Assembly (NCBI GenBank): GCA_937872225.1
Contig: CALMRZ010000033.1
Span: forward strand, 16,315 to 80,314
Direction of reading: 5' to 3'
DNA: 64,000 nucleotides
Origin: an uncultured Spirochaetota bacterium
GTDB taxonomy: Bacteria > Spirochaetota > UBA4802 > UBA5550
A program made the position numbers and the translations under genes. The notes below the pieces were generated by a model, which made no database searches, had not been told where the DNA came from, and worked only from the letters and a program-made list of their open reading frames with translations. Positions 1 through 10,494 of the stretch are shown here, piece by piece (the first letter of the stretch is position 1; each line of letters opens with the position of its first letter).

Positions 1-1198
1 GCACGAAACCGTCACTGTCAAACAGCACATTGTCGGGTTTGACATCATTATGGGCGATACCCCGTCCATGGACCGCTTCCAGGATATCAAGGAGCCGCGC
101 CGCCACCGTCTTCGCCCGGGCCTGGGGCATCACCCCGCTGTCATCCATCACGTCCGCGAGGGAGCCCCCGCCGGCCCATTCCTCCTCGTAGAACATGCCG
201 AGCCCCTCGCGGTACATGCGCACGGGCCTCACGACGCCGTCGTGATTGATGCCGCCCGCGTATTTTTCCTCGTTGATGAAATGCCAGTAGTTCTCGTCAA
301 AGCCGCCGCCGCGGTTTTCGAAGGTTTTCAGCACCACCGGCATGTTTCTGTCCCGGTTCCAGGCGACGTATATGTCGGACATGCTTCCCTTCCAGACGAC
401 ACCCTTGACGGCGTACTCGCCCGCGGCAAGGCCATCGGCATACCGCATGCCCGGGTCCCTGATGCCGCCGAGGACCGCATCGGCGCCGGCCAGGGTCCCG
501 GTCCGGGGTCTGCCGGCAAGGGGAAGCTCCACCGCGGGGGCGCCGGGGACGCCGTCCTCGACATATCTCCCGGCATCTTCGCGCACCGACCTCAGCACCA
601 TGAGGCTTCCCATCGGCTGGCGGGGCTCGCGCCGCCACACCATCAGGGGGCTGAGGGAGACGTACGCGCCGGTGTCCATGTCCACCAGGAGGGGCGTGCC
701 CTCGCCGAAATCGCCGGGGAGGACATTCGACCAGATGAAGTATTCCATGCGGGGTCCCAGGAGCACCCGGACCCCCTCCCGCTCAACGCAGGCGATCCGG
801 TACCGCGTCAGGACCCCGGCCGGCTCCAGGGACCTGAGGAGCGATTCCCGGTCTTCGCGGCCGACCGTTCCGGGATAGATGCCGGCATGCTGCAGGAGAA
901 GAACGGGGCTGGGCATGGAGGCCAGGGCCGCAAAGGCGCCGGCTGAAGGTTCCAGCTTGAGGTCGCCGGCGCCGGGGGGGCCAGCCATGGCGCCGGGGTC
1001 GCCGGCAAGGCATAGGGCCTGCCGGAGCGCGGCGATGAACCTGACGGAAACGCCGGCGCACCATTCGATTTTGCTCCTGATCTCTTCCCCGTGACGGGCG
1101 TGGAGGGCCGACTCATAGGACCGCGACAGGGGCCTGGGGAGCCGGTATCGGACCGCGAACTCGCGGTCAAAGGCTGATTCCTCGGGGGTTATGTTCAT
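1..1198 (-). CDS. Ser/Thr protein kinase, partial. The N-terminal ~250 aa form an unknown domain followed by the kinase domain, and the C-terminus runs off the window start. Not in the ORF track because there is no in-window stop.
   Basis: Manual minus-strand translation from ATG at 1196-1198 (AGGGAG 8 nt upstream) is open to position 2. It contains a G-loop/VAVK-like segment (YAVKGVVWKGSMSDIYVAW...VVLKTF) and a catalytic-loop variant GIAHNDVKPDNVLFD (HRDLKPxN-like). Confidence 0.6.
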   Translation of the reverse strand, partial: MNITPEESAFDREFAVRYRLPRPLSRSYESALHARHGEEIRSKIEWCAGVSVRFIAALRQALCLAGDPGAMAGPPGAGDLKLEPSAGAFAALASMPSPVLLLQHAGIYPGTVGREDRESLLRSLEPAGVLTRYRIACVEREGVRVLLGPRMEYFIWSNVLPGDFGEGTPLLVDMDTGAYVSLSPLMVWRREPRQPMGSLMVLRSVREDAGRYVEDGVPGAPAVELPLAGRPRTGTLAGADAVLGGIRDPGMRYADGLAAGEYAVKGVVWKGSMSDIYVAWNRDRNMPVVLKTFENRGGGFDENYWHFINEEKYAGGINHDGVVRPVRMYREGLGMFYEEEWAGGGSLADVMDDSGVMPQARAKTVAARLLDILEAVHGRGIAHNDVKPDNVLFDSDGFV

Positions 1199-1261
1199 CG
1201 CGCCGCTCCCTGCTATCATTAACACGCACAACGGCGCCGTCAAGAGATAAAAGATGCGCGG

Positions 1262-1289
1262 AGAGGAGACGATGGCGGGGCCGCGCGGC
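1262..1289. terminator. Perfect 28-bp GC-rich palindrome (gatggcggggccgc|gcggccccgccatc) between the acyl-CoA synthetase stop and the kinase start; candidate intrinsic terminator hairpin.
   Basis: Exact 14+14 inverted repeat read directly from the sequence, lying in the 108-bp gap downstream of the minus-strand gene that ends at 1307. Confidence 0.4.
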
Positions 1290-1306
1290 CCCGCCATCAG
1301 TCACTG

Positions 1307-3253
1307 TCATGACTGTTCCCGGTATAATCCGTCTATGATATCCTTGTAATTTTTCAGCACCACTTTCCGCTTGACCTTCAGGGTGGGCGTAAGCTCTCCC
1401 GTTTCCTGGGTAAAGGGACTAGCCAGGAGGGAGAAGTTCTTGATCTGCTCGACCCTGCCGAGGGGCTTGTTCAGCTCGTCGACGATCTCCCGGTACTTCT
1501 TCAGGACCTCGGGATGGGCGATCAGCTTCTTCGGATCCGTCTCGGTTATGCCCTTCGATTTCGCCCACTTGGTCAGTTCGGGGAAGCAGGGCACGATGAG
1601 CGACACGAGGAACTTCATCTGGTCGCCGATAACGGCCATCTGCTCGATGAAGGGATGGGCAACGAAGGCGCCCTCGATAACCTGCGGGGCCACGTTCTTT
1701 CCGCCGGCGGTGATGATGATGTCCTTTTTCCGGTCGGTGATGCGCAGGTAGCCGTCCTCATCGATCACGCCGATATCGCCGGTGTGGAACCAGCCGTCCC
1801 TGGACAGCACCTCCTTCGTGTCCTCCGGCCTGTTATAGTATCCCTTCATGACCTGGGGCCCGCGGATCAGGACCTCGCCGTCGTCGGCTATTTTACATTC
1901 GGTCCGGGGCAGCGGCGGGCCGCAGGTTCCCAGCTTGATCGGCTTGATATACCGGAAGGTGTTCAGGTGCGTAACCGGCGTGGTCTCGGTCAGGCCGAAG
2001 CCGAGGTGCACCTCGATGCCCATCGCCTGGAAGAACTCCCAGATGTTGTAGGCAAGGGGCGCTCCGCCCATCCCCATGACGATCATGCGGTCAAGGCCCA
2101 GGGCGGCCCGGAGCTTGGAGAAGATCAGCCTGTCGAACAGCTTGTACCTGAGGTTAAGCGGAAAGGGCAGCGAACGGTTCGCGGTGATATACGGCACGGC
2201 CTTCCTGCCGGCCTTCATGGCCGCGGCAAATAGCTTCTTCTTGCCTGCCGGCGCTTCCCGCAATTTTGACTGGATCCCTTCATATAATTTCTCCAGGACC
2301 CGGGGGACATAGACGCAGGCATAGGGACGAATGTCGACCAGGTCCTCCACGAGGGTCTCGGCGCCCCTGGTGTAGGCGATGGTTCCGCCCACCTTGATGA
2401 AGGAATTGTATCCGATGGTCCGCTCCAGGGAATGCGAAAGCGGCAGGAGGGAGACGCAGAGCGCCTCGAAGTTCTCCTTCGGGAAGGGATGGTGCTCGAG
2501 GAACTGCTCCACGTTCGCGACGAGGTTGTTGTGGGTGAGCATGACGCCCTTGGGGTTGCCCGTGGTCCCGGAGGTGTATATCAGGGTCGCCGTTTCTTCA
2601 AGATCGATTTTCCTCAACCGCTTGTCGATCTCCTTCAGGTTGAGGTTCTTGTTCCCGATGGCAATGATATCCGAGAACCTGGTGACCAGCTTGTCCTTGT
2701 AGTCGAGGTTGTCGAAGACGATGATCTCCTTGAGGTTTTTCAGGTTCTTCTTTTCAGACAGGAGGTTGTCCACCTGGAACTTGCCGGAGCACATGCAGAC
2801 CTTCGCCCTGGAATCGTTCAGGATGTAGGCCGCCTCCGGGCCGGAGTTGGTCGGGTAGATCGTGACATCGGCCGCGCCGATCGCCAGGGCCGCCAAGTCA
2901 GAGAAGCACCACTCCGGGCGGTTGTTGGAATATATGGCGATCTTATCACCGGGCCTGATGCCCTTCTTGATAAAGTATGACGCCAGGGCGTCCACATAAT
3001 CGTTGGATTCCGCGTATGTGTACTCCTTCCAGTTCTTGCCTTCACGGATCTTCACGAAGACCCTGTCTTGAAATTTCTCCGCGTTGTTTTTAAAAATTCC
3101 GGGAATTGTCGTTTCGTCATAAGGTTTAAATGTGCCCACAAGAGACCTCCAGCTATTTTGAAATTTGACCACAGGCTTTTCCAAGGATGCGGCGGACGGC
3201 GCCGCGCGGCGGCACCGCATAACCATTCTCGAAATATACATCCATCTTGTCAA
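1307..3253 (-). CDS. Long-chain fatty-acid--CoA ligase (AMP-dependent synthetase/ligase family). Start codon uncertain, with several in-frame starts 3218-3253.
   Basis: AMP-binding motifs YTSGTTGNPKGVMLTHNNL, TGDIGVIDEDGYLRITDRKKD and a C-terminal GEL..TLKVKRK tail; 648-aa ORF. Confidence 0.85.
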   Translation of the reverse strand: MTRWMYISRMVMRCRRAAPSAASLEKPVVKFQNSWRSLVGTFKPYDETTIPGIFKNNAEKFQDRVFVKIREGKNWKEYTYAESNDYVDALASYFIKKGIRPGDKIAIYSNNRPEWCFSDLAALAIGAADVTIYPTNSGPEAAYILNDSRAKVCMCSGKFQVDNLLSEKKNLKNLKEIIVFDNLDYKDKLVTRFSDIIAIGNKNLNLKEIDKRLRKIDLEETATLIYTSGTTGNPKGVMLTHNNLVANVEQFLEHHPFPKENFEALCVSLLPLSHSLERTIGYNSFIKVGGTIAYTRGAETLVEDLVDIRPYACVYVPRVLEKLYEGIQSKLREAPAGKKKLFAAAMKAGRKAVPYITANRSLPFPLNLRYKLFDRLIFSKLRAALGLDRMIVMGMGGAPLAYNIWEFFQAMGIEVHLGFGLTETTPVTHLNTFRYIKPIKLGTCGPPLPRTECKIADDGEVLIRGPQVMKGYYNRPEDTKEVLSRDGWFHTGDIGVIDEDGYLRITDRKKDIIITAGGKNVAPQVIEGAFVAHPFIEQMAVIGDQMKFLVSLIVPCFPELTKWAKSKGITETDPKKLIAHPEVLKKYREIVDELNKPLGRVEQIKNFSLLASPFTQETGELTPTLKVKRKVVLKNYKDIIDGLYREQS

Positions 3254-3404
3254 CGAACTACCACGGCAACAAATTCAATTTAAATGTATTGACAATCCTT
3301 TAAGTGTAACAATATCCTGTCCATACTGATCCATCTGCCCGTGCCTATGTTTTTCTGATTATTCCCTGTCTGGACGTGAACGCTTGTTACCAAGGACTGT
3401 CTGA

Positions 3405-5474
3405 ATGACCAAGCTTGTGCCGGTTATCCTCGCGTTCCTCCCCCTGCTGCTCCGCGTGCCCGTCGCGGCTACTGAACCCGTTATAATCGAAGATACCCTG
3501 AAAGGAGAATCGATAGGCACGCACCTCGAATACTGCGAGGACCGCACCAGAAAAGCGACCATCGACGACATTGCATCGGCACGGCGCGGCGGCGCCTGCC
3601 TCTGGAAAAAATCCCGCAGGGTTTCACCGGGATTCGGCTACACGAAAAGCGCATACTGGATACGCTTCACCGTGACCAACAGGACGGCCCACGAAATATC
3701 ATGGTACCTGCAGCAGCGCTATCCCCTCATCAATTATCTCAGCCTCTACACGCCGTCGGGCGCGGGGGACGGCCGGTACCTGGAAATCAGGACCGGCACC
3801 CGGCTTCCCTTTTCCCAGAGGCCCCTGAACCACCGGACCTTCGTGTTCCCGCTGAAAACGGCGGCGGGCGCCGGCGACACGTACTACATGAGATACGAAA
3901 GCGAGGGCGCGATGAACATCACCCTCCACGTTTTTTCACCGTTTGAATTCAACGACGAGAGGGATTCCGAATCGATACTGATATGGGTGCTGGTCGGGAT
4001 CTTCCTCATAATGATATTATACAATTTCATTCTTTTTTTCTCCTTCAAGGAGATCGGCTATCTCTACTATGTTCTCTACCTCATATCATTCCTGGCGCTC
4101 TTCCTGTCGATCGAGGGGATCGCCTACCAGTACCTCTGGCCCGACGCAATCTGGTGGGGGACCTTCAACAAGCCGATATTCGTGAGCATGACCGTGTGCA
4201 CCATATGCCTCTTCATGCGCAATTTCGCGAAGACAGGGGAGCTCTTCCCGTATATAGACCGGGTCTTTATCGCCTTCATCGTCACCGGCATGCTGGCGGC
4301 CGTGATATCGCCCTTTATCAGCTTCCGCCTGGCCATGTCGGGCACGGTGTTCCTCACCGTCCTGAACGCCGCCTTTGCCCTGCCGGCAAGCGTCTACCTG
4401 TCGATACACAAATCGCGGCCGGGGCAGTTCATCCTGGCGTCGTTCTGCCTCTTCATGATCGGCGCCATCCTGTACCCGCTCAAGTCATTCGGCCTTATCC
4501 CGGACACCTCCGTGACCAACTACAGCATCGAGTTCGGCGCCGCCCTGCAGATCACCATCCTTTCCCTGGGCCTCGCGGACCGCATACACACGATGCGGAT
4601 AGAGCTGGAGCGCATAACCCAGACCCTGGAGGACAAGGTCAACGAGCGCACGGAGGAGCTGCTGTCCGCCAACGATGAAATGTCGGCCATGAATCACGCC
4701 CTCATCCAGGCCCGCGACGAGATATGGGGCGAGATGGAGCTCGCTAAAAAAATACAGACCGTCCTCCTCCCCGAGAACCCCCGGGTGTCCGGCTACGATA
4801 TATCGACCTACATGAAGCCCGCCCAGGAGGTCGGCGGGGACTATTACGACATCATCAACATCAAGGGGTGCGACTGGCTGGTTATCGGCGACGTCTCCGG
4901 CCACGGCGTCCCGGCGGGCCTCATCATGATGATGGTGCAGACGTCCATCCATTCAGTCCTGGTCGTGCAGCCGGACACCAGCCCCTCGGACCTGCTGGTG
5001 CAGGTGAACAGGATCATCTCGGAAAACATAAAGAAGCTCGGCGAGGAAAAGTACATGACCATAACGGTCCTGGCCTGCATACAGGACGGCAGGTTCTACT
5101 ATTCCGGCCTGCACCAGGACCTCATGATCTACCGGGCCAGGAGCGGGAACGTGGAGGTGTTTGAAACCGACGGGATGTGGCTCGGAATCTACAGCAATAT
5201 CCAGGGCATGGTGGGCGACAACACCCTTACCCTTGACGTGGGCGATACGCTTCTTCTGTTTACCGACGGAATAACCGAGGCCCGGAGAGCGGACAGCCCC
5301 GCGGGGCCGTCCGAATCCGAAAGGGACATGTTCGGCCAGGACCGGCTCCGGGACATACTGGCACGTCTCGGAAAAAACACCACGGAAGAGATCAAGGGCG
5401 GCATACTGAAGGAGCTGTCCTCGTATGTATGTCATGATGACGTTACCATGATGATCCTCAAGCGGAATGCGTAG
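3405..5474 (+). CDS. 7TMR-DISM receptor fused to a PP2C/SpoIIE-type Ser/Thr phosphatase (signal peptide, DISMED2-like extracellular domain, 7TM, coiled coil, PPM phosphatase).
   Basis: Signal peptide MTKLVPVILAFLPLLLRVPVAA; seven hydrophobic helices in the middle; C-terminal PP2C motifs GGDYYDI, IGDVSGHGVPAG, TDGITEA. Confidence 0.8.
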   Translation: MTKLVPVILAFLPLLLRVPVAATEPVIIEDTLKGESIGTHLEYCEDRTRKATIDDIASARRGGACLWKKSRRVSPGFGYTKSAYWIRFTVTNRTAHEISWYLQQRYPLINYLSLYTPSGAGDGRYLEIRTGTRLPFSQRPLNHRTFVFPLKTAAGAGDTYYMRYESEGAMNITLHVFSPFEFNDERDSESILIWVLVGIFLIMILYNFILFFSFKEIGYLYYVLYLISFLALFLSIEGIAYQYLWPDAIWWGTFNKPIFVSMTVCTICLFMRNFAKTGELFPYIDRVFIAFIVTGMLAAVISPFISFRLAMSGTVFLTVLNAAFALPASVYLSIHKSRPGQFILASFCLFMIGAILYPLKSFGLIPDTSVTNYSIEFGAALQITILSLGLADRIHTMRIELERITQTLEDKVNERTEELLSANDEMSAMNHALIQARDEIWGEMELAKKIQTVLLPENPRVSGYDISTYMKPAQEVGGDYYDIINIKGCDWLVIGDVSGHGVPAGLIMMMVQTSIHSVLVVQPDTSPSDLLVQVNRIISENIKKLGEEKYMTITVLACIQDGRFYYSGLHQDLMIYRARSGNVEVFETDGMWLGIYSNIQGMVGDNTLTLDVGDTLLLFTDGITEARRADSPAGPSESERDMFGQDRLRDILARLGKNTTEEIKGGILKELSSYVCHDDVTMMILKRNA

Positions 5475-5670
5475 CCCCCTGCCGTTCTTAATGGCAGGCC
5501 GTAGCGGGATACGCTATAACGGGTCACAAAAAATCGGTATAGTGATTTTTTATTAATTAACCAAAATTGGTGATGTACTGATAGTTCCCGATATGGTATA
5601 TTGATAATGAACAGCATACGGACAGCCGAACATCTTTCAGATCATCCCAATAAAAAAAGCGGAGGACCCA

Positions 5671-7500
5671 ATGATACAATTCACCAAGGAACAGATCGAC
5701 CAGCTCGATAAATACTTTTACGAACCGCGGAACCTGGTGGACCTCTTCGAGGGAAGCGCGGCCGCATGGGCCGACCGCCCCGCCATCGGGCAGAAAGACC
5801 CCGGGACCAGGCAGTACGCATGGATAACCTACCGCCAGCTGGCGGAGAGGATCAACAATCTCCGCGGCGCCCTCGCCAGGCTGGGTCTCCGGAAAGGGGA
5901 GACCGTGGGGGTCATTCTCAGCAATTCCATTGAATGGTTCGTCATAGAAAACGCCGTGCACGGTCTGGGCGGCCGCTTCATTCCCATGTACGAAAAAGAG
6001 CTGGTGAAGAAATGGCAGTACATGATCAAGGACAGCTCCGTCAAGTTCCTCTTCGTGCGCAATGACGCCCTGCTCCAGAAGGTGAAGGGCTTTACCGCCG
6101 ATTGTCCCGAGCTGAAGGAGATATTCGTCGTATACGGCGAAGGCGAAAAATCACTGCCGGCCATGGAGAAGATGGGCGCCGGCAACCCGGTCCCGTCGTA
6201 TAAGCCGCACTGGTCCGAGGTGGCGGTCATCATCTACACGTCGGGAACCACGGGCGACCCCAAGGGCGTTATCCTTACCCACGGCAACCTGACCCATTGC
6301 TCCCAGTCAGGATGGAAAATATTCCCGGAGCTGAACGAAAATTCCGTCGCCCTCTCCATTCTTCCCTGGGCCCACTCCTACGCCATAAGCGCGGAGCTGC
6401 ACAACTTCCTCCAGTTCGGCGGCTCCATCGGCATCATGGAGTCCCTGGACACCCTGGGAGCCGATTTCCTCGCGGTGAGGCCCACGCACCTGATGTGCGT
6501 GCCCCGTGTTTTCAACAAGATATACAACGGCATACAGATGACCATGGAGGACGCCGGGGGCCTCAAGAAGAAACTCTTCGACGCGGCCTGCGCCGAGGCG
6601 AAACGGTGCCGCGACGGCAGGACAAGCCTGAAGCTCAAGCTTCTCGACAGGCTGGTCTTCTCGAAGATACGCGAACGATTCGGGGGCAGGCTCATCGGCT
6701 CCCTGACCGCAAGCGCCGTCATGAACCTTGACATCGCCCTTTTCTTCAAGGACATCGGCATCGACATATACGACTGCTACGGTCTTTCCGAGACGTCCCC
6801 GGCCATAACGATGAACTCGCCGATGCACGGCAACCGGATCGGCAGCGTCGGGAAGCCGGTCATGGACATGTTCGTGAAGCTCGACAAGTCCCGCATCGGG
6901 GAGGATTCACCCGACGGCGAGATCCTCGCCTACGGCGCCCACGTGATGATGGGCTACCTCAACAAGCCGGAGCAGACCGCCGCCATCATGACCGATGACA
7001 CCTGGAACGGGTTCCCGGGCATCAGGACCGGCGACCTGGGCCGCTTTGACGGTGACGGCTTCCTCTACGTGACCGGCCGGTACAAGGACGAGTACAAGCT
7101 CTCCAACGGCAAGTACGTGCATCCCGAATCGATCGAGATCGACATGAAGCTGGTGCCCCACGTGGCGAACGCCTTCGTCTACGGCGACGGGAAGGAATAC
7201 AACGTCGGGATCATCGTCCCCGATTTCGAAACAATCCGCAAGGACCACCACACGGCGAAATGGGCGTCAGTGAGCCCGGCCGACCTCGTCAACGACAATG
7301 AATTCAAGGATTTCCTGATCATCGAGGTGAACGACCACCTGAAAAAATCCTTCGCCGGCTACGAGATACCGAAAAAGTATATCATAACGGACCAAGACTT
7401 CACCCTGGAAAACGGCATGCTGACCCAGACACTCAAGGTGGTCCGCGCCGAGGTCATGAAAAAATACGGGGATGCGCTGAACAGGCTTTACACCGAATGA
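5671..7500 (+). CDS. Long-chain fatty-acid--CoA ligase (AMP-binding family), paralog of 1307-3253.
   Basis: YTSGTTGDPKGVILTHGNL and TGDLGRFDGDGFLYVTGRYKDEYKLSNGKYV motifs; RBS GGAGGA upstream of ATG 5671. Confidence 0.85.
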   Translation: MIQFTKEQIDQLDKYFYEPRNLVDLFEGSAAAWADRPAIGQKDPGTRQYAWITYRQLAERINNLRGALARLGLRKGETVGVILSNSIEWFVIENAVHGLGGRFIPMYEKELVKKWQYMIKDSSVKFLFVRNDALLQKVKGFTADCPELKEIFVVYGEGEKSLPAMEKMGAGNPVPSYKPHWSEVAVIIYTSGTTGDPKGVILTHGNLTHCSQSGWKIFPELNENSVALSILPWAHSYAISAELHNFLQFGGSIGIMESLDTLGADFLAVRPTHLMCVPRVFNKIYNGIQMTMEDAGGLKKKLFDAACAEAKRCRDGRTSLKLKLLDRLVFSKIRERFGGRLIGSLTASAVMNLDIALFFKDIGIDIYDCYGLSETSPAITMNSPMHGNRIGSVGKPVMDMFVKLDKSRIGEDSPDGEILAYGAHVMMGYLNKPEQTAAIMTDDTWNGFPGIRTGDLGRFDGDGFLYVTGRYKDEYKLSNGKYVHPESIEIDMKLVPHVANAFVYGDGKEYNVGIIVPDFETIRKDHHTAKWASVSPADLVNDNEFKDFLIIEVNDHLKKSFAGYEIPKKYIITDQDFTLENGMLTQTLKVVRAEVMKKYGDALNRLYTE

Positions 7501-7561
7501 TGAAACCGGTGCCACCCGCCAGGGGCGGCTTTAAACCCGCCGCCGCTGGCTGAAATCCTCC

Positions 7562-8221
7562 TCAATTAGACTTCGACCATTCGATGGCGTATTTCATCAC
7601 GTCGGACACGCTTTTCAAATTGAACTTTTCCTTGATGTGGAACCGGTGGGTGTCGATCGTTTTCACGCTCACCTGGAGCTTTTTCGCTATGTCCGAGGCC
7701 TTGTAGCCTTCGCCCATGAGCATGAAAATCTCCAGCTCCCGGTCCGAGAGCATGTCCAGGGGCCCGGTCTTACCCTGGCGGTTCTGCAGCACGTTCATCA
7801 GGATCTTCGACTTCATGTTCTCGCTCAGGTAGATGCCGCCCTTCATGATCTGACGTATGGCGCACACGAGGGTTTTCGTCGCCTCGGATTTCATGACGTA
7901 GCCCATGGCGCCGGCCCTGATGGCCCGTTCAGAATATATCTCCTCGTCGCTCTGCGAAAGCACCAGGCACTTGATATCGGGATAGCGGGTGTGTATCGCC
8001 CTGGTCAGCTCGATGCCGTTGATGCTTTTCCTGAGGCCGATGTCTATGACGGCCACATCGGGCTCCGCTTTTTCGAAATTGGATATGGCGTCCGCGGCGT
8101 CCTCGGACACGCCGCAGACCTCCATGTCATCCTCGCGGTTAAGCAGAGACTCAAGGCCGTCCAGGACGATCCGGTGGTCGTCAACAATGTAGATCCTGGC
8201 CTTTTTCTTCAATCCCGTCAT
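7562..8221 (-). CDS. NarL/FixJ-family response regulator (REC + LuxR-type HTH).
   Basis: IYIVDDH...D at the N-terminus (receiver) and a C-terminal LSDRELEIFMLMGEGYKASDIAKKLQVSVKTIDTHRFHIKEKF (LuxR HTH). Confidence 0.9.
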   Translation of the reverse strand: MTGLKKKARIYIVDDHRIVLDGLESLLNREDDMEVCGVSEDAADAISNFEKAEPDVAVIDIGLRKSINGIELTRAIHTRYPDIKCLVLSQSDEEIYSERAIRAGAMGYVMKSEATKTLVCAIRQIMKGGIYLSENMKSKILMNVLQNRQGKTGPLDMLSDRELEIFMLMGEGYKASDIAKKLQVSVKTIDTHRFHIKEKFNLKSVSDVMKYAIEWSKSN

Positions 8222-8250
8222 CGCACCCCTCCCGTTCCCGGTCGATTCTG

Positions 8251-10494
8251 TCAGTTCCCGCTCACCGCGGGTATCGTGCAGACAACCTCGGTCCCCCCAT
8301 CATGCCCCCTCCGGACGCTGAGGGACGACCCGATCATCCGCGCGCGGTATTTCATGATTTTCAATCCTATGCCCCGGCCCCCGTCCTCCCTGTCGGGGAT
8401 CCCCACCCCGTCGTCCTTTATGAGCAGCTGTATCTCGTCTCCCGTGCGGTGCACCCCCACCTGTATGGCATTGGCGCCCGAGTGCTTGACCGCGTTGATG
8501 ACGGCCTCCTGCATGATATAGTATATCTGCGAGTAATACATCCTGTTTATGATGTCGATGTCGCAGTTGATTTCGATGTGCAGCGTCACGCTGTACCTCC
8601 GCTCCATGAGCTTTTTCAGCTCCTGAAGCAGCGAGGCGAATCCGCCGTCGATGAAATCTATCCTCGAAAGGCTCTTGGCGATGTTCCGCACGTAGGCGAT
8701 CGCCTCGTTGATGAGGCCTTCTATCTCGAGGGCGGATTCCTTCGGCTTATTCTCCAAGTCACCCGCCAGGACGCTGCTTTTCAGGGCGATGCCGAAGAGC
8801 TTCTGTGCCAGGTTGTCATGCAGCTCGATGCCGATGGCGTTCCGCTCGTTTTCAGATATCTTGACCAGCTCCTGTTCAAACATGATCCGGTCGGTTATGT
8901 CGATGGAATAATAGACGATGCCCGGTTTCTGGTCCGACCCGGTCCGGTAGGGGAGCAGCGACGTTATCATGTACCTCCTGCCCGCCCGGGGGAATTCCTG
9001 CCACCGCTCGAACACGACCGGGTCGCCGGAAAAGCACGCTTCGAAATGCTCCCGGAGCGACGCTTCGTACTCCCCGGCGCCGAAAATGTCACCCACCGTC
9101 CGGTTGATGACGTCCCTGCGCTTCCGGCCATAGGCCTTCAGCAGGGCGTTATTCACCTCGATGAACCTCCCCCCGGCATCGATGAACGCCATGTGGTCCC
9201 TCGACTCCGACACGATATACTTGTAGATATTGAGGCTGTCTATGGCCCGGTCTTTCTCATGGTTGATCTCGACGAGGCTGATGTTCAGCTTTTCCAGGTC
9301 GTTATGCACCTGGGCGAACCGCGACGCGAGCACGGTCGCGAACACTATGGTCATGATGAAAAAGCCCACGATCAGGAACGGGTCCGAAGCGAACTGGTTG
9401 AAGAATATCGGGATGCTCAGCAGGAAGGCGGCGGTATACACCGACACCCCCAGGAGGATCCTCCTGGAATAGGGCTGCCTGTCCCTGACGGCGCGCATGC
9501 ACAGATACATGCAGAAGACGACCACGATGACGACGGTCATCATGAAGGGCCCGTACAGGTATTTCTGGTACAGATGGCTTTTCCCGCTGACGAGAACCTC
9601 GAGCAATATCGACGCCATGAGCAGCGCATGCAGGACCATCAGGCCATTGGCAAAAAGCTGCTCCCCTTTGCGTATGTTAAAAAAATGCGTGATAAAATTC
9701 AGGAAGGACAATGACGCCACGATCGACGCGAAATAGGTCGCAATGATAAAGGCTATCTGGTTGTCGAGAATGAAGAACAGTATCCCGTCGTACCCCATGA
9801 TCCATATCCCCAGGGACAGCGCGAGAAGCGAGAAATGGAGATAGTACTTTTCCTTTTTCCTGTTCAGGAAGGTGATGATGAAATAGATAAAAAGGAAAAT
9901 ATTGATGGAAGACAGGAAGCTGTTCCATAGTATGAACAGGTTCCACTTCTGCTGCACCGCCTTGTAGCCACCGAAAAAGATGGGATAGCAATAGCCGCCG
10001 AGGTTGTTCAGGCTGCCGGTCCTGAGGACCAGGCTGTTTGCGCCCGCGACGATCGAAGACCTGATGACCGGAACAAGGGCCGGCTTTCCCGCGATGGGCG
10101 GCGACATGCCGTTCCCGTCGAAGGGCCTTGTCTCGAATATCAGCTTCCCGTTGAAATAAACCTGCGTGCCCCTGCTCTGCCATGGAAGAAACACCGCGTA
10201 ATCGTCCGAACCCCGGGGGATATACAGTTCCATGCCGTACCAGGCATTGCCCTCATAGTCCCGGTAATCGGGATTATCGGGCCAGTTGTCATAGGGGGAA
10301 AGGAGCGCGCCGCCCTTCCTGATGCCGACGAGTTCCCTGTTGTCAAGGTCATCCCGGGCGCTGAAGCACCAAAGCCGGGGCAGCTCATGGGCCTGGCGGG
10401 GCGACGCGATCCGCACGGTGCACTCGTCGGCATAGGCGAGACCGGCAAACAAGATGCATGAAATGAGAACGATGGTTCTACAGGGCATCATCAT
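8251..10494 (-). CDS. 7TMR-DISM sensor histidine kinase (signal peptide, DISMED2-like periplasmic domain, 7TM, PAS, HisKA_3, HATPase_c), partner of the adjacent LuxR-type regulator. The ORF-track N-terminal extension to 10638 is rejected; start placed at the MMMPCRTIVLISCILFAGLAYA signal peptide.
   Basis: HisKA_3 H-box AIGIELHDNLAQKL; HATPase N/G boxes QEAVINAVKHSGA, DDGVGIP, GIGLKIM; PAS-like segment; multi-TM core. The extension upstream of MMM is Arg-rich low-complexity in another gene's frame. Confidence 0.85.
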   Translation of the reverse strand: MMMPCRTIVLISCILFAGLAYADECTVRIASPRQAHELPRLWCFSARDDLDNRELVGIRKGGALLSPYDNWPDNPDYRDYEGNAWYGMELYIPRGSDDYAVFLPWQSRGTQVYFNGKLIFETRPFDGNGMSPPIAGKPALVPVIRSSIVAGANSLVLRTGSLNNLGGYCYPIFFGGYKAVQQKWNLFILWNSFLSSINIFLFIYFIITFLNRKKEKYYLHFSLLALSLGIWIMGYDGILFFILDNQIAFIIATYFASIVASLSFLNFITHFFNIRKGEQLFANGLMVLHALLMASILLEVLVSGKSHLYQKYLYGPFMMTVVIVVVFCMYLCMRAVRDRQPYSRRILLGVSVYTAAFLLSIPIFFNQFASDPFLIVGFFIMTIVFATVLASRFAQVHNDLEKLNISLVEINHEKDRAIDSLNIYKYIVSESRDHMAFIDAGGRFIEVNNALLKAYGRKRRDVINRTVGDIFGAGEYEASLREHFEACFSGDPVVFERWQEFPRAGRRYMITSLLPYRTGSDQKPGIVYYSIDITDRIMFEQELVKISENERNAIGIELHDNLAQKLFGIALKSSVLAGDLENKPKESALEIEGLINEAIAYVRNIAKSLSRIDFIDGGFASLLQELKKLMERRYSVTLHIEINCDIDIINRMYYSQIYYIMQEAVINAVKHSGANAIQVGVHRTGDEIQLLIKDDGVGIPDREDGGRGIGLKIMKYRARMIGSSLSVRRGHDGGTEVVCTIPAVSGN

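Noticed and set aside
50-1170. Several plus- and minus-strand ORFs (50-946, 342-878, 808-1170 and others) overlapping the left end
   Set aside because: They are Arg/Pro/Gly-rich low-complexity translations in alternative frames of the Ser/Thr kinase gene, which reads cleanly on the minus strand with a recognisable kinase catalytic loop.
8302-9714. 470-aa plus-strand ORF
   Set aside because: Antisense shadow of the histidine-kinase gene; Arg/Pro/His/Asp-rich with no domain signature.
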